64,000 nucleotides of DNA from a virus. The notes beneath the pieces were generated by a model. That model was not told the origin of the DNA. It saw nothing but the letters and a program-made list of their open reading frames with translations, and ran no database searches. Shown here one piece after another: positions 18,275 to 28,485 of the stretch. Numbering within the stretch: the first letter of the stretch is position 1; the number at the start of each line of letters is the position of its first letter. Position numbers and translations under genes: made by a program. The stretch covers positions 1 to 64,000 of IMG/VR virus record IMGVR_UViG_3300048687_000070; one strand, given 5' to 3'.

Positions 18275-18365
18275 AGCGGCAAACGGCCCCGACCGCCGGG
18301 CTCTCACACACCGGCAATCAGGGCCTCCGAGATCCACCTTCACCACTGAGAAGAAAGGGGACCCC

Positions 18366-19322
18366 GTGTCTCCGATGATCGCAGATCAGCCGAACGAGTT
18401 GATCCTCACCGAGTCCCGCACCATGCGGGCCCAGACCGCCGGCCGCGTCGACGTCCTCGACAAGGTCAAGGCGCTGGCACTGCTGCCCGACGGCATGCAC
18501 GCCACCACCGAAGGCATCGCGGCCTACTACGAGGTTGGCCAGGACGCCATCGAGAGCATCGTCCGACGGCACCGCGAAGAGCTGACCGAGAACGGCATGG
18601 AGACACTCCGCGGCGAGGCTCTGCGCGTCTTCAATGAGACTGTCAGCCTGACAGTCTCATCCCGGCGGAGCTCCCTGCGCGTCTTCTCCCGCCGAGCGAT
18701 CCTGAACGTCGGCCAGCTTCTGACCGACTCGGACGTCGCCCGCCAGGTCCGCACGTATCTGCTCGACGCCGAGGCCGAGACGGCTGACCAGTTCATGGTG
18801 CCGACGACGTTCGCCGGCGCGCTGGAGCTTGCCGCGCGACAGGCCCGCGAGTTGGAGGACGCCCGAGCCGAAAACTCGGAGCTGGTCGCGACGAACGCCC
18901 GCCTGTCGCCCAAGGCTCGCGTCGCGGACGACTACGAGGCCAACCCCGGGATCACTCCGACGGTGTTCCACAAGACGCACTTCCCCGAAGTCGGGGAGCG
19001 GGACTTCTTCGACCACCTGTACCGCAAGGACTACCTGATCGACCAGCGGAACACCCGCTGGGACGAGCGCAACAAGGAGTGGAAGGACGGCCCGGAGCAC
19101 GCACATCCGACTGCCAAGGGCAAGCGCTACTTCTACCTGGCGCCGAAGCTCGACCGGAACCGGGTGCGCCGCCAGCAGACCCTCGTGATTCCGGGCGAGG
19201 CGGAGCTGGACCTGGTCGCGGCGCTGGAGCGGGATGGGCTGCCGTCACGGAACCGGCCGGCTCTTCCGGGTGCTCAGGTCGTTCGCATGCCGCGGCAGCG
19301 GCGGAGTGGCGGTGCGGCATGA
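18366..19322 (+). CDS. Antirepressor-like DNA-binding protein
   Basis: VPTTFAGALELAA linker and PKA motif with KilA-C/ANT-like C-terminus. Confidence 0.7.
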   Translation: MSPMIADQPNELILTESRTMRAQTAGRVDVLDKVKALALLPDGMHATTEGIAAYYEVGQDAIESIVRRHREELTENGMETLRGEALRVFNETVSLTVSSRRSSLRVFSRRAILNVGQLLTDSDVARQVRTYLLDAEAETADQFMVPTTFAGALELAARQARELEDARAENSELVATNARLSPKARVADDYEANPGITPTVFHKTHFPEVGERDFFDHLYRKDYLIDQRNTRWDERNKEWKDGPEHAHPTAKGKRYFYLAPKLDRNRVRRQQTLVIPGEAELDLVAALERDGLPSRNRPALPGAQVVRMPRQRRSGGAA

Positions 19323-19795
19323 CGGACCGCCTGTCGCCGCAGCGCGAATCCGAGATCCGCGAGCGTGCCGAGGCTGCGACGCCCGGCCCGTGGACGGTGG
19401 AAGCGGACCGCCAGAGGCTGCACCGCTACGTGTTGGACGCGGACGGGCTCGTCTACATCGACTTCGGGTACGTCGGGAACCGCACCCAGGACGACGCCGA
19501 GTTCACCGCCCACGCCCGCGCCGACGTGCCTGCGCTCCTCGCCGAGTTGGCTGCGGTCCGCGCCGAACGCGACGAGCTACAGGCCCGCTCCCGCAGGCTG
19601 ATCGAGCAGTGGAACAAGCGGGCCGAGACGTGGGCGCCGCTGTCCAGTCCGGAGAAGAACCCGGAGACGTTCGATCACTACCGAGCCCTGTGCAGCGCTT
19701 ACTGCGAGACCGCCGACAACCTGCACAACGTCCTCAACGGCCTCGACCCGGACGTTCCGTGGCACCTCCGCAAGTCCGAGGAGACGACGTCATGA
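19319..19795 (+). CDS. Ead/Ea22-like early protein
   Basis: IRERAEAATPGPW...DAEFTAHARADVPALLAE. Confidence 0.6.
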   Translation: MTDRLSPQRESEIRERAEAATPGPWTVEADRQRLHRYVLDADGLVYIDFGYVGNRTQDDAEFTAHARADVPALLAELAAVRAERDELQARSRRLIEQWNKRAETWAPLSSPEKNPETFDHYRALCSAYCETADNLHNVLNGLDPDVPWHLRKSEETTS

Positions 19796-20031
19796 GCGCT
19801 CTCGCCTTCCTCACCCACCTGTCCGGCGGCGACCTGCCCGCCACCGCGGTCCGCGAGTCGCGCTGTCTGAAGGCGCCGATTGGCTGCGGTCAGCCGCTGG
19901 TCTCCCCGGAGGCCACCGCCCGCGTCTTCCGCCGCGCTTCCGAGGCGGCCCGCTACCACGCCGAATGGCAGATCACGGGCTTGTGCCCGGACTGCCAGGA
20001 CGCCCTCGACGTCGAGGAGGCAGACCTGTGA
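19792..20031 (+). CDS. Small Cys-motif protein
   Basis: ATGA overlap; CLKAPIGCG...LCPDCQ. Confidence 0.55.
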   Translation: MSALAFLTHLSGGDLPATAVRESRCLKAPIGCGQPLVSPEATARVFRRASEAARYHAEWQITGLCPDCQDALDVEEADL

Positions 20032-20468
20032 GCACCGACATCGCCGCCCTGGACACGTCGCTGGCCCGTGTGGAGCCGGCCGCGATCCTCCTGGAGGCCG
20101 CCTATAAGGCGCACTCCCGTTCCGACCGGATCGGTGACGCGAACGCCGCATGGCTGGTGACTCACCCGTCCGTCAACTACCCGAGCAGCACGCCCGATGG
20201 CTGGGATCACCACATCGCCCAGCTCACCAAGTTGAACGAGCTGCACCGCAAGGTCGCGGAGTTCAACCGGCTCCATCCGGTCGGCACACCGGTCAGCGCC
20301 TACCCCGGCTGCCGCCCCGAGTTCGACAGCAACTGCACCCGCCTGCACACCGTGACCCGCAGCCGCGCCGAAGTTCTGAGCGGCCACACCGCCGTCGTCT
20401 GGGTCAAAGGCGAAAGCTCCTGCATCCAGCTCTCTCACATCGACATCCGCACCGGAGGCGCCAAGTGA
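20028..20468 (+). CDS. Hypothetical early protein
   Basis: GTGA overlap; FNRLHPVGTPV motif. Confidence 0.55.
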   Translation: MSTDIAALDTSLARVEPAAILLEAAYKAHSRSDRIGDANAAWLVTHPSVNYPSSTPDGWDHHIAQLTKLNELHRKVAEFNRLHPVGTPVSAYPGCRPEFDSNCTRLHTVTRSRAEVLSGHTAVVWVKGESSCIQLSHIDIRTGGAK

Positions 20469-20716
20469 CTGCCCACATCATCGGCGGCCTGGTCTACGAC
20501 CTCGCTGACGGCCCGGTCGGCGCCGAGTTCAACCGCAGCGCCTTCGACGGCAGCCCGCAGCAGCGCCTCGTGCTCGGCGAGGGCAACGGCAAGCTCTCCG
20601 TCTCCCTCACCACCACGACGGTCGAGGGCGTCGACGACCTGATCGAAGCCCTGCACCGCATCCGCGACGACAAGATCCGCCAGACCGTGATCGAGCAGCT
20701 GCCGGAGGTGGCGTAG
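20465..20716 (+). CDS. Hypothetical early protein
   Basis: GTGA overlap; RBS GGAGG. Confidence 0.55.
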   Translation: MTAHIIGGLVYDLADGPVGAEFNRSAFDGSPQQRLVLGEGNGKLSVSLTTTTVEGVDDLIEALHRIRDDKIRQTVIEQLPEVA

Positions 20717-21124
20717 ATGGACAGCGCCACGAGCGTCGTGCCTGCGCGGTTTGCGGGACAGGTCACGCGTACCGGTGATTGCTGGACCTGGACCGGAACC
20801 CTTCGCGACGACGGCTACGGAAAGTTCAGTGGCCGACAGGCTCATCGCGTGGTCTACGAGCACATGGTTGGCCCGATAGCAGCCGGCCTGGAACTAGATC
20901 ACCTGTGCCGGAACAAGGCCTGCGTCAATCCCACTCACCTGGATCCGGTGTCCCGGCTGGAGAACATCCGCCGTCGCTACTCGACCTACACACACTGCAA
21001 GTGGGGGCACGAGTTCACGCTCGACAACACGTACACGATGCCCAACGGGCGCCGAGCGTGCCGACGATGCCGTACCGCCGCGAGTGACCGTTATCGGGCA
21101 CGCCGGAAGGCGAGGAAGTCATGA
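20717..21124 (+). CDS. HNH endonuclease
   Basis: CWTWTG...AHRVVYE...DHLCRNKACVNPTHL...EN. Confidence 0.9.
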   Translation: MDSATSVVPARFAGQVTRTGDCWTWTGTLRDDGYGKFSGRQAHRVVYEHMVGPIAAGLELDHLCRNKACVNPTHLDPVSRLENIRRRYSTYTHCKWGHEFTLDNTYTMPNGRRACRRCRTAASDRYRARRKARKS

Positions 21125-21291
21125 TCCCTCGTCTCGCTGACGAAGAGGTCACGGAGCTCGCGAAGGTCGACCAGGCCGCCCACGAGGACTTCGGCCGCGA
21201 CGAGGGCAGTTGGACGCCGCCCCAGTGGCGCCGCTACTTCGCCGACATCGACGCCGTCCACGCCCAATTCCCGCACGGGGAGGCCGCATGA
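21121..21291 (+). CDS. Small hypothetical protein (not in ORF track)
   Basis: MIPRLADEEVTELAKV... with ATGA overlaps at both ends. Confidence 0.5.
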   Translation: MIPRLADEEVTELAKVDQAAHEDFGRDEGSWTPPQWRRYFADIDAVHAQFPHGEAA

Positions 21292-21650
21292 CCGCCGTCG
21301 TCCTAGAGCAGCCCGTCGCTGACGTCGTAGCGGTCCTCGAGCAGGCCGCCGCGGTTATCGAGGCCAATGGGTTCACCAAGCGCTACCTGTACGACCGCCG
21401 CCAGGCGGGGGCAGGGAAGTCGCTCCGGTTCTGCCGAGTCGACGTCATCGGCGCCCTGAATATCGCCGCCCACGGAACCCCGGTCTACGCCGGATCCCCG
21501 GCTGTGGCCTCCGCGGAAGCGGCACTGCTGGCGCGCATCACGGAGGCAGCAATCGTCACGTGGAACGACGCGACCGGGCGCACAGCGGCCGACGCCGTGG
21601 CCCTCCTGCGCAACACCGCAACAGAACTACAGGCGGAGGAGGCCAAGTGA
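21288..21650 (+). CDS. DUF6197-like protein
   Basis: LEQAAAVIEANG...WNDATGRTAADAVALLR. Confidence 0.6.
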   Translation: MTAVVLEQPVADVVAVLEQAAAVIEANGFTKRYLYDRRQAGAGKSLRFCRVDVIGALNIAAHGTPVYAGSPAVASAEAALLARITEAAIVTWNDATGRTAADAVALLRNTATELQAEEAK

Positions 21651-21844
21651 CCGCCATCGTCCCGGAGCCGGCGACCGCGCTGGAGGCCATCGTCGGCGCA
21701 CCCCGCCTCGCCGTCCCCGGCCTCAACGCCTGGCTCGGCAAGTCCGACTTCCAGCAGTCCCTCGACGACGGATTCACCGAGTCCTACGAGGACTTCTGCA
21801 CCCGCATCAGCAACACCGACACCACCACCGGGGGAACCGCATGA
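21647..21844 (+). CDS. Hypothetical early protein
   Basis: Overlap-coupled ORF. Confidence 0.5.
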   Translation: MTAIVPEPATALEAIVGAPRLAVPGLNAWLGKSDFQQSLDDGFTESYEDFCTRISNTDTTTGGTA

Positions 21845-22311
21845 CCATCCACCTTCCGCAGGACGCCTACATCAATGCGGTCGTCGAGGCGCTCACCGCC
21901 GCCGGGTTCGAGCCGGCCGAGGAATTCACCGACGACACCGACACCCGCGGCACCTACCAGTTCCTCCGCGCCGTCATCACCCTCGACGCCGACACCTCCG
22001 GTCTCGACCCGAAGCGGTTCCGGCACGGCCTGATCCTCATCTGGGAGTGGCACACCGGCATCGAAGCGGCCGAGGGTGAGCCCGAGCGCGGCCCGTCGTG
22101 GGAGTGGGCCCGCCTCGTCGACGAGCACGGGCAGTCCGGCGAACGCGAGGGCTTCACCGCGCTCGGCTACCCGTCGCCCGCCTACATCGTCGAAAGCCTC
22201 CGCGCGCTCATCGCCCACCGCAACCAGTCCACGCCCGCCGCCGCGTGGGAGCACGCCGACGAGCTGGACGCCGCCTGCCAGACGTGGGGTGCGAAGGAGG
22301 CAGGCCAGTGA
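21841..22311 (+). CDS. Hypothetical early protein
   Basis: Overlap-coupled ORF. Confidence 0.55.
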   Translation: MTIHLPQDAYINAVVEALTAAGFEPAEEFTDDTDTRGTYQFLRAVITLDADTSGLDPKRFRHGLILIWEWHTGIEAAEGEPERGPSWEWARLVDEHGQSGEREGFTALGYPSPAYIVESLRALIAHRNQSTPAAAWEHADELDAACQTWGAKEAGQ

Positions 22312-22493
22312 ACGCCGGAGACGCCTACCGCACCGCACAGTTCCTCGCCGACGACGGCCACACCGACTCGGACGCGCTCACCCACGCCGACATCGACGTC
22401 GCCGCAGACCTCGCCGGCGCCAACCGGCCCGAGACAAGCAACGACCGGCACACCGTCCGCCTCGCCCTCGACACCATCGGAGGCCAGCAATGA
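22308..22493 (+). CDS. Hypothetical early protein
   Basis: Overlap-coupled ORF. Confidence 0.5.
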   Translation: MNAGDAYRTAQFLADDGHTDSDALTHADIDVAADLAGANRPETSNDRHTVRLALDTIGGQQ

Positions 22494-22981
22494 ACCTCGC
22501 CCAGGATCTCCGCACCCGCGCCAAGCACCGCGGCATGAAGCCGTGGGAGCTCATCCAGAAGATCGGACGTCTCGAGCGGGAGAGCGCCGCCAAGGACCGG
22601 GAAGCCGACGCCCTCACCTGCACGCTGGTCCAACTCGCCACCGAAGTCGACGGACTGAAGCGGGAGCGCAACGACCTGAAGGACAGCCTCGACGCCGCCG
22701 CCGTCGACTACGCGGGCCTCAACCAGGATCTCGAAGCGGCGAACGCCGAGGTGGCCCGGCTCCGCGACGAACTCGCCCCGCACCGAGCGGCCGAGGCCAA
22801 CGTGAACGCGGTCGACGTCCCGCCGATGGAACGCGACACCAGCGCCGTCGAGGACCAGGCGACCGCGCCGATCGAAGTCCTCACCCTGCCGCAGGCGTTC
22901 GGCACCGACCCGGCGCACGTCCCGTCGTGGGCCCGCGACACCGACACCCAGCCGATCCCGCGCGCCAACCCGGCCGCCTGA
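22490..22981 (+). CDS. Coiled-coil protein
   Basis: Long heptad region. Confidence 0.6.
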   Translation: MNLAQDLRTRAKHRGMKPWELIQKIGRLERESAAKDREADALTCTLVQLATEVDGLKRERNDLKDSLDAAAVDYAGLNQDLEAANAEVARLRDELAPHRAAEANVNAVDVPPMERDTSAVEDQATAPIEVLTLPQAFGTDPAHVPSWARDTDTQPIPRANPAA

Positions 22982-23089
22982 CTCGCCGGGCCGCCGGATG
23001 ACACCGGCCGGCCAGGCCCGGCGCCCAAACGAAAAGCCCCGGATGCTTCCGACACCCGGGGGACCACCAGCATCCCACAGGGAGATCCC

Positions 23090-24133
23090 GTGACCACGAT
23101 CAACGCCCATCAGCTCGGTCGACTCATCGACAAGACGGTCGACCACATGGGCTCCGCGTATGTCGAAACGCTCAACGGCATCCGTCTCGACGTCGACGCC
23201 CAGTACCTGTACGCGGTCGCCTCCGACCGGTACACGATCGCCGTCGCCCGCTACCAGCTGAACGCCGACGAGCAGCAGGAGCCGTGGGCGCGCACCATCC
23301 CCGCCACCTACCTGCGCTCCATCCGCGAGTGGCTCCAGCAGATCGAAGGCGCCGGACTCGTCACGATCAGCACCAACGAGGACCGGCTCACCTTCAAGAG
23401 CCCGCACAGCGAACTGACGATCTCCGTCAGCCCCGGCATCGAATTCCCCGACTGGCGCGGCATCCTCCGCCTGCAGATCGAGCAGGCAGCCGACGGCAGC
23501 GAGACCTTCCCTGCTCTCAACCCCGGCTTCCTGGCCCGCTTCAACAACGGCGACACCGTGCGTCTCCGGATCACGGGAGACGACAAGCCGGTGCTGTTCT
23601 TCGCCGAAGACTTCCTCGGCGCACAGATGCCCACCAAGCACGCCGGCATCTACCCGGTCGGCAAGGAGGACTTCAACGGCGCCCACCAGGCGTGGCTGTG
23701 GACGCTCGCCGCCGGCGCCAAGGACTCCAGCATGGACGGCCCCGCCTTCGAGGAAGACCGGCCCCGCTACGAGGCCACCACCGACATCCGTAAGACCGGC
23801 GAGGCACTGCTGCAGCAGACGCTCGGCTCGGGCTGGGACATGAGCGGCAAGTCGACCCGCCTCCCCGACGAGTTCCTCGCCCACGTCATCGGCGCAGTCA
23901 ACGGCTGGTCTGCCTTCCGATACCTCAACGCCCTGTACAACGCCGACCCGCGAGCCGCCGCCGCGATCGTCGCCGAGGTAGCCGACGAACTCGACTCCGG
24001 AGAGATCGGCGAGTTCGCATGGGACGCCGCCAAGAAGGCCGGCTTCGACCCGCAGCAGTGGCACGACGACTACGAGGCCCACCGCAAGGAGCGCGCCGAG
24101 AAGGACGCCGCCAAGACCGAGACCGCCGCCTGA
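23090..24133 (+). CDS. DNA polymerase III beta-clamp-like domain protein
   Basis: LNGIRLD...AVASDRYTIA and EFPDWRGIL resemble beta-clamp LNGV...VATDGHRLA and FPDY. Confidence 0.6.
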   Translation: MTTINAHQLGRLIDKTVDHMGSAYVETLNGIRLDVDAQYLYAVASDRYTIAVARYQLNADEQQEPWARTIPATYLRSIREWLQQIEGAGLVTISTNEDRLTFKSPHSELTISVSPGIEFPDWRGILRLQIEQAADGSETFPALNPGFLARFNNGDTVRLRITGDDKPVLFFAEDFLGAQMPTKHAGIYPVGKEDFNGAHQAWLWTLAAGAKDSSMDGPAFEEDRPRYEATTDIRKTGEALLQQTLGSGWDMSGKSTRLPDEFLAHVIGAVNGWSAFRYLNALYNADPRAAAAIVAEVADELDSGEIGEFAWDAAKKAGFDPQQWHDDYEAHRKERAEKDAAKTETAA

Positions 24134-24255
24134 CCAACAACCACAGACCGCCGTGTCGAGCCCGCCCCCAGGGCTCCACGGCACCAGGCCCGCCGGGGCG
24201 ACCCCCCCCCGGAGCCCCGGCGGGCCTCCCTTCGCACACCCTTTTGGAGCTCGAA

Positions 24256-24546
24256 ATGCAGAACATGAGCCGCGAGGAACTCATCAGCCTCCTCGACAAC
24301 ATCAAGGACCGCGTTGCCTCCGGTGACAGCCTCGAAGGCAATCTCCAGTACCTGCTCGCCGATGTTGATGCCGAACATCCCTACGACGTAGCCGCCACCT
24401 TCCGAGTCGGCAACCGGACGGGGCAGGGCGGCTGCATCCTGATCGGCGCCGACTCCGGCCCTCTCGGCTGCAAGTGCGGCGACACGGTCGGCCCGTTCGA
24501 CGCGAAGACCGGCCGCTGCGAGACCTGCACCGAGGCCGCCGCATGA
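24256..24546 (+). CDS. Hypothetical protein
   Basis: RBS GGAG; C-terminal CxC...CxxC. Confidence 0.5.
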   Translation: MQNMSREELISLLDNIKDRVASGDSLEGNLQYLLADVDAEHPYDVAATFRVGNRTGQGGCILIGADSGPLGCKCGDTVGPFDAKTGRCETCTEAAA

Positions 24547-25418
24547 CCACGATCGCCGAGCCGACGACCACCGAGGCGCCCGCCCTGGGCCTGCACACGG
24601 ACCTCTCCAACGAGGCCTACCACGCGGACAAGACGAGCCTGTCGTCGTCCGGCGCCCGCAAGCTCCTGCCGCCGTCCTGCCCCGCCAAGTTCCGCTGGGA
24701 GCAGGACAACCCGCAGCCGGCCAGCAAGACGTTCGACTACGGCAACGCCGCCCACAAACTCGTGCTCGGCAACGGCCCGCAGCTCGTCGTCATCGACCAC
24801 GACACCTGGAACACCAAGGCCGCCAAGGCCGCGGTCGCCGAGGCCCGCGCCATGGGCGCCATCCCCCTCAAGCGGCACGAGATGCAGATGGTCGCCGACA
24901 TGGCCACCGCCATCCGACGCCACCCGCTCGCCGCCGCGCTCCTCGACCCCGCCTACGGGGCGCCCGAACAGTCCGGGTTCTGGATCGACGGCCCGTCCGG
25001 GATCCGGCGCCGAGTCCGCTTCGACTGGCTGCCCTCCATGCAGGGAGGCCGACTGATCGTCCCCGACTACAAGACAGCCGCCGACGCCAGCGACGACGCC
25101 TTCCAGAAGGCCATCGACAAGTACGGCTACAACCAGCAAGCCGCCTGGTACGAGGAAGCCGCCCAAGCCCTCGACTTCGGAGACGAGACCACCGAACTCC
25201 TCTTCGTGGTCCAGGAGAAGACGGCCCCCTACCTGGTCAACGTCATCGGCCTCGACTACTTCGCCCGCGAGATCGGCCGCGCCAAGAACCGGGCCGCCAT
25301 CGAGACCTTCGCCGAGTGCACCGAGAGCGGCAACTGGCCCGGCTACGCCGACGAAAACCCCAACTACGTGCCTCTGCCCGGCTGGGCCGAGAACCGCGAC
25401 AAGGAGATCTACCTGTGA
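24543..25418 (+). CDS. RecE-like PD-(D/E)XK exonuclease (DUF3799-like)
   Basis: SNEAYH...LSSSGARKL, GNAAHKLVL, RVRFDWL...PDYKT, YNQQAAWY. Confidence 0.9.
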   Translation: MTTIAEPTTTEAPALGLHTDLSNEAYHADKTSLSSSGARKLLPPSCPAKFRWEQDNPQPASKTFDYGNAAHKLVLGNGPQLVVIDHDTWNTKAAKAAVAEARAMGAIPLKRHEMQMVADMATAIRRHPLAAALLDPAYGAPEQSGFWIDGPSGIRRRVRFDWLPSMQGGRLIVPDYKTAADASDDAFQKAIDKYGYNQQAAWYEEAAQALDFGDETTELLFVVQEKTAPYLVNVIGLDYFAREIGRAKNRAAIETFAECTESGNWPGYADENPNYVPLPGWAENRDKEIYL

Positions 25419-26287
25419 GCTTCCCCGCCCCCACCCAGCCGGCCACCCAGATCGGGCAGGCCACCGCGATCGAGCTCTCGCGTGCCGAGGCCGAGGTCAA
25501 GGCCGCCGTGTTCGTCGCCAAGCAGAACCCGCGCAACATCCAGACCGCGCAGGCCGAAATGCGCTTCGTGTGCAGCCAGCTCGCCGTCGCCGAGAAGGCG
25601 TTCTTCTCGTACCCGAAGGCGAAGCAGATCATCAAGGGCCCGTCCATCCACCTCGCCCGCGAACTCGCCCTGATCTGGGGCAACCTCCAGCACGGAACCA
25701 TGGAACTGTCCCGCGACACCGCGGCCGGCCAGTCCGAGATCCTCGCCTACGCCTGGGACCTGGAGCGCAACTCCCGCAGCTCCCAGATCTTCATCGCCCC
25801 GCACGTCACGGACACCAAGCAGGGCAAGAAGAACCTCACCGATCTTCGCGACATCTACGAGAACAACAGCAACCTCGGCGCCCGCCGCCTCCGAGAAGCG
25901 ATCTTCGCGGTCCTGCCGGCCTGGTTCGTCGCCGAAGCCGTGACGCTCTGCCAGCAGACGATCGACAACGGCAACGGAACCCCGCTCGCAGAGCGGATCG
26001 AAACGGCCGTCCGCGAGTACAAGGCCGTCGGCGTCACGCTCCAGCAGCTGGAGAAGAAGCTCGGCCGACCGCAGGCCGAGTGGACCGACAAGGACGCAGG
26101 CGAACTCCAGGTCATCTACCAGTCCGTGTACCGCGGCGAGATCACCCGCGACCAGGCCTTCCCGCCCGAGCACATCACCGGCGCCGAGATCACCAAGAAG
26201 CGCGAGACGCCGACGGCGAACGACCACGCGCAGGAACCCAAGCCCGAGCCGGCCGACTGGCCCGAGACCGTACAGCCCCCGCAGTAG
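25415..26287 (+). CDS. Putative single-strand annealing recombinase
   Basis: Directly after RecE-like gene; IKGPSIHLARELA...WGN, AWDLE motifs. Confidence 0.6.
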   Translation: MSFPAPTQPATQIGQATAIELSRAEAEVKAAVFVAKQNPRNIQTAQAEMRFVCSQLAVAEKAFFSYPKAKQIIKGPSIHLARELALIWGNLQHGTMELSRDTAAGQSEILAYAWDLERNSRSSQIFIAPHVTDTKQGKKNLTDLRDIYENNSNLGARRLREAIFAVLPAWFVAEAVTLCQQTIDNGNGTPLAERIETAVREYKAVGVTLQQLEKKLGRPQAEWTDKDAGELQVIYQSVYRGEITRDQAFPPEHITGAEITKKRETPTANDHAQEPKPEPADWPETVQPPQ

Positions 26288-26347
26288 CCCGCACACGCCT
26301 GACCCGGCTGCGGGCAATGCAGCCGGGTCCCCAACAGGAGACCACAC

Positions 26348-26623
26348 ATGACCAACCAGACGTCCGACTTCCGCTCCACCTCCGCGCAGGAGTGGGCTGA
26401 CGCCCTCCAGACGAGCAAGCTCCAGCCCGGCCCGACCTTCGGCTACCAGATGGTCGACGGCACCTGGACCTGCGCCCTGCACCTCGCCATCAGCAGCGAG
26501 CTCACGGCCGACGCGCAGCGCCTCCTCGCCGCCGAACTCCAGCAGGCCATCAGCGACACCGTGAACCGCGTCCTCTACCTGGACCCCGTCAGCGTCCGCG
26601 TCCGCGAGGAGGCGGCCCGATGA
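26348..26623 (+). CDS. Hypothetical protein
   Basis: RBS AGGAG. Confidence 0.55.
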   Translation: MTNQTSDFRSTSAQEWADALQTSKLQPGPTFGYQMVDGTWTCALHLAISSELTADAQRLLAAELQQAISDTVNRVLYLDPVSVRVREEAAR

Positions 26624-27015
26624 AGGCACTGACCATCAAACAGCCCTGGGCGGACGCGATCGCCCACAGCACGAAGCGGACCGAGAACCGCACCTGGACC
26701 ACTCGCTACCGCGGCCCGATCCTCATCCACGCCGGCGTCAGCTACGACCGCCACGCCGACCTGCCCGACGGCACCGTCGTACTCGACTGGCCCGACTACC
26801 GGGGCGCGATCATCGCGACCGCCGAACTCGCCGACGTCCACTTCTCTGCTGGTTGCTGCACGCCGTGGGGCGAACCGGACGTCTACCACTGGCAGCTCAC
26901 CGAGGTGTACGCCCTGCCGGAGCCCGTACTCACCAAGGGACGCCTGCAGCTGTGGACGCCAGCGCCCGCCATCATCCGCGCCGCCCTCGACCAGGTCGAG
27001 GAGGACGCGTCATGA
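26620..27015 (+). CDS. ASCH domain protein
   Basis: MKALTIKQPWA...KRTENRTW...YRGPILIHAG...KGRLQLW. Confidence 0.9.
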   Translation: MKALTIKQPWADAIAHSTKRTENRTWTTRYRGPILIHAGVSYDRHADLPDGTVVLDWPDYRGAIIATAELADVHFSAGCCTPWGEPDVYHWQLTEVYALPEPVLTKGRLQLWTPAPAIIRAALDQVEEDAS

Positions 27016-27377
27016 GCGCCCAACTTCAGTTCCCCGAGCCGGTCCACGGCGCCATCAGCCCCGCCGCGGCCGAGCAGGCGAAGGCCAACGGCATAGCCCG
27101 CGCCACCGAGAACACGAACCCCGACTGGGCGACGGCCTGCCGCAACGCGATCACCGTCATGGCCCGCCGCGGCATCCCGTTCCAGGCCGCCGACCTCATC
27201 GCCGAACGCCTCGTCGACGAGCCGGACTCCACCGCCCGCTGGGGCGCCGCCTTCAACGGCGCCGCCCGCGCAGGCCTCATCGAGGAAGCCGGCTTCGTCA
27301 AGTCCAAGCGCGCCACCGTCCACGGCTCCATCTGCAAGCAGTGGACCGGCACCGCGCAGGGGAGGGCCGCCGCGTGA
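27012..27377 (+). CDS. Hypothetical DNA-binding protein
   Basis: WGAAFNGAARAGLI...SKRATVHG. Confidence 0.55.
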   Translation: MSAQLQFPEPVHGAISPAAAEQAKANGIARATENTNPDWATACRNAITVMARRGIPFQAADLIAERLVDEPDSTARWGAAFNGAARAGLIEEAGFVKSKRATVHGSICKQWTGTAQGRAAA

Positions 27378-27637
27378 AAGAGGACGTCCTCGCCGCGATC
27401 GCCACGTTCGCGACGCTCACCGAGCTCATCACCTGGCTCCTCATCGCCGCCGCCGCCATCGGCTACACGGTCATCGGCTGGCTCACCTACCGGATCGTCC
27501 ACCTCACCGCCGCCGCCATCGCCGACCGGCACCGCCTCCGCCGCGACCTCCGCCGCCTGGAGAGCTACATCAACCACCCCAGCGTCCGCCGCTACCACGA
27601 CAGCGTCCAACCCGCCCGGAAGGAGGAGACGCCATGA
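27374..27637 (+). CDS. Small membrane protein
   Basis: One TM segment; overlap-coupled. Confidence 0.5.
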   Translation: MKEDVLAAIATFATLTELITWLLIAAAAIGYTVIGWLTYRIVHLTAAAIADRHRLRRDLRRLESYINHPSVRRYHDSVQPARKEETP

Positions 27638-28485
27638 CCAGCACCAAGACCCTCCCGCCGCACGGAACCTACGCCCGCGCCAACGGCAGCCCCGGAAGGC
27701 GCCCCGCATGCCACTGCGAGCCGTGCCGGACCACACGTAACCGCATCAAGAAGCGCAACAAGGTCAACCGAGAGCTCGGCCGCGCAGCCATGGTCAACGC
27801 CACCTCCGCGCGAGCCCACTTGGCATTACTGCGGCAGACCATGACCTGGCCGCAGATCGCGGACCGCACCTCCTGCGAAGAAGGGCACCTCCGGGAGATC
27901 GCTGTCGGCAAGGTTCCGACCATCCGGCGCACCACGCTCAACAAAGTGCTCGCAACGAAGCCCGAGCCGCCAGCCCCCGGCAAGTTCGTCGACGCCACCG
28001 GCACCATCCGCCGGGTACGTGCCCTCCGAGCCGTCGGCTACTCGGCGACGAACATCGCCACATCGTTCGGGTTCGCCGAGACCCACGTCCGCCAGATCTC
28101 CCGCGGCACCCAGCCGACCGTGCGGCAGCGCATCGCCGACAAGATCGCCGCCGTCTACGCGGAAATCAGCAACCTGCCTGTACCCATCGGTGCGGGCGCG
28201 ACCATGTCCCGCAACTACGCGGCAGCCCAAGGATGGGCGCCACCCGGAGCCTGGGACGACATCGACGACCCAAACTCCACGCCGGATACGACGGTCATCG
28301 AGCTCAACTTCCACGAGCGTGCCGAACTCCGCCGCGAAGAGATCATCCACTTCGCCTGGTGCGGCCACACCCCCGAGCAGATCCTCGACCGCCTCAACGG
28401 CGAAGTGTCCATCTCCACCGTCCGCGCCGTCGTGCACGAGTGGCGCACCGGGGAGAAGCGCGACCGGAAGCAGGTGGCCGCGTGA
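27634..28485 (+). CDS. Multi-HTH DNA-binding protein
   Basis: HGTY...CHCEPC followed by HTH-like segments (MTWPQIAD, GYSATNIA, GHTPEQI). Confidence 0.65.
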   Translation: MTSTKTLPPHGTYARANGSPGRRPACHCEPCRTTRNRIKKRNKVNRELGRAAMVNATSARAHLALLRQTMTWPQIADRTSCEEGHLREIAVGKVPTIRRTTLNKVLATKPEPPAPGKFVDATGTIRRVRALRAVGYSATNIATSFGFAETHVRQISRGTQPTVRQRIADKIAAVYAEISNLPVPIGAGATMSRNYAAAQGWAPPGAWDDIDDPNSTPDTTVIELNFHERAELRREEIIHFAWCGHTPEQILDRLNGEVSISTVRAVVHEWRTGEKRDRKQVAA

